DNA of 28,905 bases from Polyangiales bacterium (GTDB lineage: Bacteria; Myxococcota_A; Polyangia; Polyangiales; Houyiibacteriaceae): NCBI GenBank assembly GCA_045106895.1, contig JBGCFM010000245.1, positions 1 to 28,905 on the forward strand. The letters are read 5' to 3'. The notes under the pieces were generated by a model. That model saw nothing but the letters and a program-made list of their open reading frames with translations. It made no database searches and was not told the DNA's origin. The translations under genes and the position numbers were made by a program. Each line of letters starts with the position of its first letter. The first letter of the stretch is position 1. Shown here piece by piece: positions 17,124 to 25,225 of the stretch.

Positions 17124-18410
17124 CTAGATGAGGACGATGTCGTCTTCGTCGAGCATCTCCTGGGCGACCAGGGAGCGGGTCTCTTCATCGCGACCCGTCG
17201 CCGTGTCATAGAGCTCACCGAGGAGCGTCGGGTGCGCCTTGATGGCGTCCTGGAACTCATCACGACCGAGGCGCAGAGCCACCGTGGGATGAAGCGCACG
17301 AACTGTGGCGTTCGCCGGTCGACGCAAAACGAGGGAGATCTCCCCGACGATCTCGCCGGGCCCGAGCTCAGCGATGTGAACCGGCGCCTCTGCATCTTGG
17401 CCTTCCACCACCACCGCGCCGCTGGCGATGAGGTAGAGAGCCGCGCCTTCTTTGCCACCCTCGACGAGCACGTCATCCGCCTCGAAGTGACAGGTCTCGA
17501 AGCGAGACACGAGCTCACCGCGTTGATCGCGCGGTACGGCGCCGAGAAGTTCACTGTGGCGCATCAGATTGCTCAGCATTCGCGCCCGACAAAACTCGGA
17601 GAGTCGTTGGCCAATCTCTGGCGTCGCCGCCGCAAGCTCTTCGAGCTCCGAGCGCCCCACCCGAAGCACCGTGGATGGCAGAGCGGCCCGCACCGTGGCC
17701 GCGCGAGGCGCGTCGCTCACCAGCGCCATCTCACCAAAAATCGCCCCGGGCCCGAGGGCCGCGAGCACGACGTCTTCTTCGCCGATGCGGCGGCTCACGT
17801 TGAGGACGCCATCCGCGACGACAAAGGCGTCGGTTCCTTCGTCCCCTTCGGCGATGAGAACCTCGTCGATGCCCACAGGCGAAGCTTCAAAAGCGTCCAG
17901 AAGGTCAGCCAGAGGCCCGATATGAAGGTCCGAGAAGAGCGGCAGGCGGGGCAGCTTTGTGTCGGCTTCGATGGGGTCGTCCCAAGCCATATACGCCTGA
18001 AGCGCAGCCTCGCCTCGGTCCAGGAGCGCCTCGCCCTGAAGCTTGGCGAGCTTGGCGGGGACGCTCACGCGCTTCGGCAGCGGGGGCGGAAGAGGAGGGG
18101 CGTCCGCGAGACGCTCAGAACCGTCGCCAAAAGCGTTGGCGACGAGCTCGACGAAGTCCGTCTCATCCGTGCCTTCTTCGGCGGCGTGAGCGGCCAAGAC
18201 AGCCCGCGGAAGGTCCCCGCGGCGGATAAACGCGTCGACGAGCCGACCGGCTACTTCGGCGGCCAGAAAAGGCCTCGCTTCAGCGATGAGGTAACGCGCG
18301 ATTCGTAACGCGGCGTGGAGCTGACTCGCGTCGGCTTCGAGGAGAGCGATGGCGTCGTGAACAGCGACACCAGCGCGGACTTTAGAGAGCGGAGGGGGGA
18401 CCTTGGCCAT
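17124..18410 (-). CDS. Protein with two tandem cyclic-nucleotide-binding domains
   Basis: LIAEGDEG...LGPGAIFGEMALVSDAPRAATVRA and LVEGGKEG...LGPGEIVGEISLVLRRPANATVRA; helical N-terminus; no HTH. ATG 18410 chosen (TACGGT ends 8 nt upstream). Confidence 0.9.
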   Translation of the reverse strand: MAKVPPPLSKVRAGVAVHDAIALLEADASQLHAALRIARYLIAEARPFLAAEVAGRLVDAFIRRGDLPRAVLAAHAAEEGTDETDFVELVANAFGDGSERLADAPPLPPPLPKRVSVPAKLAKLQGEALLDRGEAALQAYMAWDDPIEADTKLPRLPLFSDLHIGPLADLLDAFEASPVGIDEVLIAEGDEGTDAFVVADGVLNVSRRIGEEDVVLAALGPGAIFGEMALVSDAPRAATVRAALPSTVLRVGRSELEELAAATPEIGQRLSEFCRARMLSNLMRHSELLGAVPRDQRGELVSRFETCHFEADDVLVEGGKEGAALYLIASGAVVVEGQDAEAPVHIAELGPGEIVGEISLVLRRPANATVRALHPTVALRLGRDEFQDAIKAHPTLLGELYDTATGRDEETRSLVAQEMLDEDDIVLI

Positions 18411-18497
18411 GGGCTGCCACCGTAAAGCAGCGATGCGGATGTGTGAAGTCCGTTGCATGCCACCCCACCTCATCTCGGGCATGATAGGGTTGTCGGA

Positions 18498-19448
18498 ATG
18501 GACGCCTCAGAGGCATCGGCGCTGGCCGGCAAGCTCATCGCTCAGGTCGGTAGCGCCCTTCGAGGCAAGCAAGAGGTCGTCGAGCGTGCGGTCATCGCGT
18601 TCATGGCGGGGGGGCATCTCCTCGTAGAAGACGTCCCGGGGGTCGGAAAGACCACCCTCGCCCGCGCCCTCGCGGCGTCCCTGGGCCTCACCTTTCGCCG
18701 TGTCCAGTTCACTTCGGACCTGATGCCCGCGGATGTGCTCGGCGGCAGCGTGTATGAGCGGGACACCGGGAAGTTTGTGTTCCGACCAGGCCCGGTCTTC
18801 ACGCAGGTTCTCCTCGCCGACGAGATCAACCGTACGACACCACGAACGCAGTCCGCCCTCCTCGAAGCGATGGGGGAGCGCCAGGTGTCCATCGACGGCG
18901 AGACCCACCCCCTTGAGCCGCCCTTCTTTGTCGTCGCGACGCAGAACCCACAGGACTTTTACGGGACCTATCCTCTTCCCGAATCCCAACTCGACCGATT
19001 CTTGCTGCGGATCCGCATCGGCTACCCGGGCCCGTCCGACGAGCGCGCGGTGCTCACCTCACGCCGCAGCGGAATCGACCCGGTTTCTCAGCTCGAGCCC
19101 ATCACGGATATCAAGACGCTCCTCGCCGCCCAGGCTGCGACGGCACAGATTCGCGTGGAAGACCCAGTCATCGACTATCTCCACAACCTGGTTCTCGAGA
19201 CCCGCAAACACCCGATGCTCGCGATGGGCGCGTCCACTCGTGCGGCCCTCTCCTTCGAGCAAGCCATCCGCGCCCGTGCCCTGGTGCAGGGCCGCGAGTA
19301 CGCGCTCCCGGACGACGTGAAAGCCCTCGCCGTTTCGGTGCTTGCTCATCGCATTCGCCCCACAGGCGCCTCCCCGGACGGCAGCGCGCGCGAACTCTCC
19401 GAACGTATCGTCGCCGAGCTCCTCGAAAAAGTCAGCGTTCCGCTTTAG
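18498..19448 (+). CDS. moxR: MoxR-family AAA+ ATPase
   Basis: HLLVEDVPGVGKT, RVQFTSDLMPAD, LADEINR..PRTQSALLEAM, ATQNP...GTYPLPESQLDRF. Confidence 0.96.
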   Translation: MDASEASALAGKLIAQVGSALRGKQEVVERAVIAFMAGGHLLVEDVPGVGKTTLARALAASLGLTFRRVQFTSDLMPADVLGGSVYERDTGKFVFRPGPVFTQVLLADEINRTTPRTQSALLEAMGERQVSIDGETHPLEPPFFVVATQNPQDFYGTYPLPESQLDRFLLRIRIGYPGPSDERAVLTSRRSGIDPVSQLEPITDIKTLLAAQAATAQIRVEDPVIDYLHNLVLETRKHPMLAMGASTRAALSFEQAIRARALVQGREYALPDDVKALAVSVLAHRIRPTGASPDGSARELSERIVAELLEKVSVPL

Positions 19449-19462
19449 CCATCAGGGAGTGC

Positions 19463-20509
19463 ATGGCGCGGAAACCGAAGGCGAAACGAAAAGCAAAGCG
19501 TAAGGGTCGTACCTTTCGCTTCACACGCGAAGGGAAAGTCTTCGTCGCTGTCACCTTGGGTGTCGGCATCGCCGCCATCAACACAGGCAACAACCTGCTC
19601 TACTTGGTGCTGGGTCTCTTGCTCTCGCTGCTGCTGGTGAGTGGCACGCTGAGCGACCTTGCTCTGTGGCGACTTCGCATTCGTCGCTCGCCCCCCAAAC
19701 GACTCTTCGCGGGTCAGGTCGCGCTCTTTGAGGTCTCCCTCGAGAACCAAAAGAAGAAGCTGCCAAGCTTCTCCGTCGAGGTGGAAGACCTCGCGGTCGG
19801 AGAAAAGGCCGCGGACCGGCGCTGCTTCTTCTTGAAGGTGACCGCCGGCAGCTCTCAAGCAACGACCTACAGGCGGACGCCGCTTCAGCGTGGAGCGCTC
19901 GTCATGAGTCACGTCATCGCCCGAACGCGCTACCCCTTCGGTCTCATCGAAAAAGGGCAACGCTACGTCAACGAAGAAGCGCTCGTTGTCTATCCCGCGC
20001 CGATCCCCACGGAGACGCCGCGCGTTCGCGGGACGAGCCGAGGCCAAGATGCGCCCCTCGCGCGACCCGGCGGGGGTACCGAGGTGCTCGGACTTCGCGA
20101 CTATCGCCGAGGCGACGAAGCCAAGGCGATCCACTGGCGTCGAAGCGCGAAGCTCGATCGCGTCGTCGTCCGAGAGACGGCGCGCGAGTCTCGCGGCCGC
20201 CTCGCGCTCCTCGTGGACCAAAAGCGCGGTCAAGACGCAGCGTGGGCCGACGCCTTTGAGCGAAGCGTGGGTCACGCGGCCTACCTCGCCGAATGGGCCC
20301 TGGGCCAAGGACTCTCCGTCGAAGTCCTCGTACGAGGCGGGCGCTCACCGCTTCTGACTCCGGCGAGCGCGCCGGACGCGATCTGGCATTTCTTGGCGCT
20401 CCTCGAAGCGGAGGAGACCGAGGAGGACTTTCCGCCGGCTCAGTCCATGAGCCAGCGAGTGATCGTCTCCGATGCAGCGGGCGCCCACGACGAGGCGGGC
20501 GCGGCATGA
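19463..20509 (+). CDS. DUF58-domain membrane-anchored protein
   Basis: AAINTGNNLLYL TM segments, TRYPFGL, VYP, GLRDYRRGD...IHWRRSAK...VVRE; usual position after moxR. Confidence 0.93.
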   Translation: MARKPKAKRKAKRKGRTFRFTREGKVFVAVTLGVGIAAINTGNNLLYLVLGLLLSLLLVSGTLSDLALWRLRIRRSPPKRLFAGQVALFEVSLENQKKKLPSFSVEVEDLAVGEKAADRRCFFLKVTAGSSQATTYRRTPLQRGALVMSHVIARTRYPFGLIEKGQRYVNEEALVVYPAPIPTETPRVRGTSRGQDAPLARPGGGTEVLGLRDYRRGDEAKAIHWRRSAKLDRVVVRETARESRGRLALLVDQKRGQDAAWADAFERSVGHAAYLAEWALGQGLSVEVLVRGGRSPLLTPASAPDAIWHFLALLEAEETEEDFPPAQSMSQRVIVSDAAGAHDEAGAA

Positions 20510-22641
20510 GGTTTGGACGCCTCCATGTCGTGGTGACTTACCTCATCGCGGGCGCCGGACTTCTCGCGCTCTCCCTCGGCGACGAGCTCGGTCTGGCGGC
20601 AACGGGCCTCATGATCGCCGGCTTCTTCGCCAGCATCTTCGTGGGCCCCGCAACGTTGGGCAAAGCCCGCTACACGTCCATGTGGAACTTCCTCATCGTC
20701 GGCTTTCTCGCACTGCAGGTCGCCCGCGCCTTCACGGACACCGCGGTGCTGCAGCTCGGCATCGAGTTCGCCGCGGCGCTGCAGATCGCCAAGCTCTTCC
20801 ATCGCGTTGGCGCCCGCGACTATCAACACATTCAAGCGCTCTCGCTCCTGCACCTCGTCGCCGCCACGGTGCTCACCACGGGCTTCGAGTATGCGCTCAT
20901 CTTTGTCGTCTTCGTCATCGTGCTGCCGTGGATGCTCGCCCTCACGCACCTTCGCGGCGAGATCGAGATTCACTATGTAGCGCCGGAGTCGAAGATCCCG
21001 CCGGGGCTCGGCCCGCCCTCGGAGAAAGCCAAGGAGGTGCTGCGCTCACGCCGCATCGCGGGCGCCGGTTTCCTCGGTTGGACGGCGGCGCTGTCCATCC
21101 CGCTCTTCTTGGTGACGGCGGCCTTCTTCACGCTCTTCCCGCGCGTGGGCATGGGCTTTCTCTCCCTCGGCGAAAACGGAGGTCGCACCGTAGCGGGCTT
21201 TGGCCCGGACGTGCAGCTCGGCGGCTTCGGCGTCATCCGCGACGACCCCACGGTGGTCCTTCGCGTGACGCCGAGCGACCACGTCCCCGGCGGCGTCAAC
21301 AACGAGCACTTTCGGCTGCGTGGAACATCCTTTGACCGCTACGAAGAGGCACGCTGGAGCCGCAGCGACACCTCGGCGCCAGACAGCCTCCAGGAACTCA
21401 TGGGCTTCTACCAGCTCCTGCGACGTGGACGGCAGTCCGCGACACGAGAGCTCGACATCGTCCTCGACCCCCTCGATGAGCAAGTGCTCTTCCTGCCGCC
21501 CGGAGCCATCGGCGTCTTTGTTCCGCCCCGCGTCGAAGCGGGAAGACAGACCTACCGACGGCTCGACCTCGCAGACGGATGGGACCTTCGCTACCGCGAA
21601 TCGGATGGACTCGAGCTTCGCTACAGCGTGGCCATCGACGAGTCCATGGACACCATCCCGGAACAGCTCGAATCCGAAGATGTCGAACGTTACCTTCAGC
21701 TCCCTGAGGGCAGCGAGCGCATCGCGGGACTCGCCAGAGAGATCGCCGGTTCGGGCCCGCCGCGGGAACAAGTCCAACGCCTGCAAACCTGGCTTCGCTC
21801 CTCGGGAACCTTCGAATACACCCTGAACATGCCCGACACACGCGGGCGCGACCCCCTCGAGGTCTTCCTCTTCGACGCTCGACGTGGGCACTGTGAGTAC
21901 TTTTCTTCCGCCCTCGCCGTGATGCTGCGGAGCCTTGGGGTGCCCTCACGAAACGTGACGGGCTTCGTGGGCGGCGTCTACAACCGCTACGGCGGCTACT
22001 ACTCCATCCGCCAAGGAGACGCGCACAGCTGGATCGAAGCCTACGTGGATGGCGCGTGGCGCACCTACGACCCGACGCCGGCGGCGCACATGAGCGCTGC
22101 TCCACGCGGCGACGGCCTCTTGGCGGACATTCGCGCGGTCCTCGACGCGATGCGAATGCGCTGGGCGCTCGATGTCGTGGGCTACGATCTTCGCGACCAA
22201 GTCGAAGGCCTCCGAGCCGCCTTTCGTTGGTTCCGCTCCTTCCGGCAAGACGACACGGTGACCGGCGAGCGCGGCCTCAATGAAGAGGAGAGCGAAGCGC
22301 CGGTCCCATGGATGCCGCTCACCGGCGCTGCGCTCTTTCTCCTGGGCCTCGCCTACCTGGTATGGAGGCGGAGGCGCAAGAAGAGCACGGGACCAAAGCG
22401 CGCGACGAGTGAGCTCGGCGAAAGCGCCCGCGACCTCTACGAGCGCCTCGAACGACGTCTCGCGAAGCGCGGCATCGTGAGGCCCAAGACACGTACGCCG
22501 CGGGAGCACTTGGCGCGTTTGGAGGCGGCCGGAGACGCCGAACTCGAGCTCGCCCGAGCCGTCACGGAAGCCTACGAAGCAGGACGACTCGGCGGCGAGA
22601 GCAACCAGGACGAGCTTCGTGCGCTAAAGAGAAGGCTTTAG
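20506..22641 (+). CDS. Membrane transglutaminase-like protein (TgpA-like; DUF3488 + transglutaminase core + DUF4129-like tail)
   Basis: ATGA-coupled to DUF58; N-terminal TMs ending FFTLFPR; triad motifs GHCEYFS, AHSWIEAY, YDPTP; C-terminal TM and TPRE tail. Confidence 0.93.
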   Translation: MRFGRLHVVVTYLIAGAGLLALSLGDELGLAATGLMIAGFFASIFVGPATLGKARYTSMWNFLIVGFLALQVARAFTDTAVLQLGIEFAAALQIAKLFHRVGARDYQHIQALSLLHLVAATVLTTGFEYALIFVVFVIVLPWMLALTHLRGEIEIHYVAPESKIPPGLGPPSEKAKEVLRSRRIAGAGFLGWTAALSIPLFLVTAAFFTLFPRVGMGFLSLGENGGRTVAGFGPDVQLGGFGVIRDDPTVVLRVTPSDHVPGGVNNEHFRLRGTSFDRYEEARWSRSDTSAPDSLQELMGFYQLLRRGRQSATRELDIVLDPLDEQVLFLPPGAIGVFVPPRVEAGRQTYRRLDLADGWDLRYRESDGLELRYSVAIDESMDTIPEQLESEDVERYLQLPEGSERIAGLAREIAGSGPPREQVQRLQTWLRSSGTFEYTLNMPDTRGRDPLEVFLFDARRGHCEYFSSALAVMLRSLGVPSRNVTGFVGGVYNRYGGYYSIRQGDAHSWIEAYVDGAWRTYDPTPAAHMSAAPRGDGLLADIRAVLDAMRMRWALDVVGYDLRDQVEGLRAAFRWFRSFRQDDTVTGERGLNEEESEAPVPWMPLTGAALFLLGLAYLVWRRRRKKSTGPKRATSELGESARDLYERLERRLAKRGIVRPKTRTPREHLARLEAAGDAELELARAVTEAYEAGRLGGESNQDELRALKRRL

Positions 22642-22687
22642 TGTGCGATTCAGAAAGGTCCTCTCTACCTTTCTGAATCGCGCACTA
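22639..22687. terminator. 21-bp inverted repeat after the moxR operon (terminator or stabilising hairpin)
   Basis: TAGTGTGCGATTCAGAAAGGT-CCTCTCT-ACCTTTCTGAATCGCGCACTA, one G:U, no U-tract. Confidence 0.55.
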
Positions 22688-22734
22688 GCGCTCCGGGTTC
22701 GTTGCGTGGCACGCGAGAAGCGCTAGTCAGGCAT

Positions 22735-23823
22735 ATGCGCATCCTCTCTCTGGCTTTCCTGCTCGTCGCCTGCGGCCCCTCCGATGAAGGCACGGACGCG
22801 GGTCTCGACGCCGGCGCCGCGGATACCGGTGGGTCCGATTCACGCGCGGACGTTGGTGCGGACGTCATGGAAATGGATGTGCCCGAAGTAGACGCTGGAC
22901 CCATCACGTGCGGCGGCGAGTCCGGCGCGGCGATGGCCCGCTGCGTGGAGCAGGCGCGCTACGACGACGACCTGGTCTTCATCGCTCAGCCACGTGCACT
23001 CGGCACGCCTCACTGGATGGCGGTGCAGGACCTCTGCGCCGAGCGCTTCGCCGCTGCTGGCTTCGACGTTGAGCGGCACGAGTTCAGCACGGGCGTGAAC
23101 GTCATCGGCACCAAGCTCGGCACGTCGATGCCGGACCGCCGCGTCATCATCGCCGCCCACTACGACGGCACGCCGGGCTGCGACGGAGCAGACGACAACG
23201 CCACGGGTGTTGCGGGCGTTCTTGAAGCTGCACGCGTTCTCGGCCAGTACGAGCACGAGCACACCCTCGTCGTCGCTTGCTGGGACGATGAAGAAGGCGG
23301 CCTGCGCGGCTCCACCGCTTATGCGACGCGGGAGAGCGAAGCGGGGCGGGGCTTCGACATCAACTTCAACTTTGAGATGATCGGATACGTCAGCTCCGAG
23401 CCCGGCTCCCAGCAGCTCCCGGAGGGCTTCGACGTGCTCTTCGAAGAAGAGACCGCACGCATCGAGGCCAACATGCGCCGCGGGGACTTCATCGCCTGGA
23501 TCGGCGACTTTGCCAGCGCTCCCTTCGTCGAACGCCTCGCACACCACGCGGACAGCCTCATGCTCCGTCACGAGCCGCTCACGATCTTCGAGGGCTTTCA
23601 CCTCTCGCCACTCCTCGGCGACCTTCGACGCTCCGACCACGACGCCTTCTGGCAGACAGAGGTCCCCGCGATCATGATCACGGATACCAGCGAGTTCCGC
23701 TACAGCGGCTACCACTGCCTCGGCGGCGAAGAAGACACCGTGGACCGTCTGGATATCGGTTTTGCGACGCTGGTCACGGCGGCAACGGTGGGCGCCGCCG
23801 CCGACGCGCTCAGCGCCGAGTAG
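22735..23823 (+). CDS. M28-family zinc metallopeptidase lipoprotein
   Basis: Lipobox LVA-C; AHYD, GADDNATG, DEEGGLRGS, NFEMIG, RSDH, YH..DT motifs. Confidence 0.93.
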   Translation: MRILSLAFLLVACGPSDEGTDAGLDAGAADTGGSDSRADVGADVMEMDVPEVDAGPITCGGESGAAMARCVEQARYDDDLVFIAQPRALGTPHWMAVQDLCAERFAAAGFDVERHEFSTGVNVIGTKLGTSMPDRRVIIAAHYDGTPGCDGADDNATGVAGVLEAARVLGQYEHEHTLVVACWDDEEGGLRGSTAYATRESEAGRGFDINFNFEMIGYVSSEPGSQQLPEGFDVLFEEETARIEANMRRGDFIAWIGDFASAPFVERLAHHADSLMLRHEPLTIFEGFHLSPLLGDLRRSDHDAFWQTEVPAIMITDTSEFRYSGYHCLGGEEDTVDRLDIGFATLVTAATVGAAADALSAE

Positions 23824-23865
23824 CCCTCACTCGGGCTCCCCTCGGCTCAGAAGCGAGCGCGCGAA

Positions 23866-24813
23866 CTAGAGGCCGAGCTGGCCGATGACGCTGTTCACGG
23901 CCTTCGCATTGCTCATCACGTAGAAGTGCACGGAGGGCACGCCCTTCTCGAGGAGCTCGCGTGTCTGCTGTACGGCCCACTCGACGCCGATCTTCTGGAC
24001 GTCCTTCTTGTCCGCCGCTTCTAGCTCGTCGCTGAAGGCCGCCGGGAGCTCGCAGTGGAAGGTGCGAGGAATGCTGACGAGGTGCTTCTTGCTGGTCAGG
24101 ACTTTGAGGCCGGGAATGATGGGCACTTCGATGCCCGCGGCGCGGCAAGCATCCACATACGCGAAGTAGTGCTCATTGTTGAAGAACATCTGCGTGACGA
24201 TGTACTCGGCGCCGGCGTCGACCTTGGCCTTCGCGTGGCGGATGTCTGACGCGAGGTTTGGTGACTCAAAGTGCTTCTCCGGGTAGCCGCTGCAGCCCAC
24301 GCAGAACTCCATCGCCGCCGCGTCGAGGTAGGTGTCGAGGTAGTTGCCTTTGTTCATCGAGTCGATCTGCGCGATGAGGTCGACGGCGTAGCGGTTCGCG
24401 GTCTTTCCGTCACGAAGCGGCTTCTTGTACCCCTTGTCGTCGCCGCGAATGGCGAGGACGTTGTCGATGCCGAGGTAACGAAGCTCGATGAGGAAGTCCT
24501 CGGTCTCCTGCTGCGTAAAGCCGTTGCACAAGACGTGGGGCACGGCGTCGATGTTGTACTTGTTCTGAATCAGCGCGCACACGCCCAAGGTGCCCGGGCG
24601 CTTGCGTTTCACCGTCCGCTGAATTCCGTCCGGCGTCTCTTCGTAGACGACCTCTGCCGGGTGGCTTGTGATGTCGATGAAGGGGGGACGATGGACCACC
24701 AGGTCGTCCACAAGCTTCATAAGCGAACGGACGTTGCCGCCGCGCTTAGGCGGGATGATCTCAAAACTGATGAGAGGCCGGTCGGCCTCCGCAAGGTGCT
24801 GCGTTACCTTCAT
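23866..24813 (-). CDS. metF: 5,10-methylenetetrahydrofolate reductase
   Basis: SFEIIPPK, PFIDIT, VPHVLC, LGIDNVLAIRGD, GYPEKH, KVDAGAEYIVTQMFF, PIIPG, HFYVM; real start ATG 24813 (MKVTQHL). Confidence 0.96.
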   Translation of the reverse strand: MKVTQHLAEADRPLISFEIIPPKRGGNVRSLMKLVDDLVVHRPPFIDITSHPAEVVYEETPDGIQRTVKRKRPGTLGVCALIQNKYNIDAVPHVLCNGFTQQETEDFLIELRYLGIDNVLAIRGDDKGYKKPLRDGKTANRYAVDLIAQIDSMNKGNYLDTYLDAAAMEFCVGCSGYPEKHFESPNLASDIRHAKAKVDAGAEYIVTQMFFNNEHYFAYVDACRAAGIEVPIIPGLKVLTSKKHLVSIPRTFHCELPAAFSDELEAADKKDVQKIGVEWAVQQTRELLEKGVPSVHFYVMSNAKAVNSVIGQLGL

Positions 24814-24886
24814 GTGGCGCGTTTCATCCCACAAGCGACAGAGTGGGGCAACTTGGCGACTGCGCCTCGAAACGTGAACTTCGCCT

Positions 24887-25225
24887 CTAGGGTCGCCGAA
24901 AGCTGCGGCTGCGAACTTCCTCGTCGGCGACATCGTGAAGATCCGCGAGGTCCTGAAGGAAGCGGAACGAATAAATGCCCGTCGCGTGGCCGTCGCCCCA
25001 CTCCAAACGCAGGCCGTACTGACCTGTCTCATGGAGCTGCGCGAGCTCGAGAGCCGTATCGCCCTGCGGCTGCACCCAGTTGATGGCGCCTTCATGGCCC
25101 TGGCACACAGCGCAGGGGCAAAAGCCGCGCAGCACGGCGTGGCGAAAGAACGTGGTCTTGCCATCGTCCCAGACGATCTCGAGCAGGCGGGCGCCCAAGG
25201 GTGCGCGTACTTCAACGGGTGTCAT
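24887..25225 (-). CDS. DUF971 (GBBH-like N-terminal) small metal-binding protein
   Basis: LEIVWDDG...LRGFCPCAVCQGH...GQYGLRLEWGDGHATGIYSF; ATG overlaps the kinase stop (ATGA). Confidence 0.92.
   Translation of the reverse strand: MTPVEVRAPLGARLLEIVWDDGKTTFFRHAVLRGFCPCAVCQGHEGAINWVQPQGDTALELAQLHETGQYGLRLEWGDGHATGIYSFRFLQDLADLHDVADEEVRSRSFRRP

Noticed and set aside
18498..22641. moxR as the partner ATPase of the WGR-DUF4132 protein
   Set aside because: It is the ordinary MoxR-DUF58-transglutaminase operon type, not YehL-like, and lies about 11 kb away.
24814..24886. SAM/SAH riboswitch upstream of metF
   Set aside because: 73-bp spacer with only a 5-bp CCCAC/GTGGG stem and no recognisable aptamer core.
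24814..25215. 134-aa N-terminal extension of MetF in the ORF track
   Set aside because: It overlaps the DUF971 gene in another frame; MetF similarity begins at ATG 24813.
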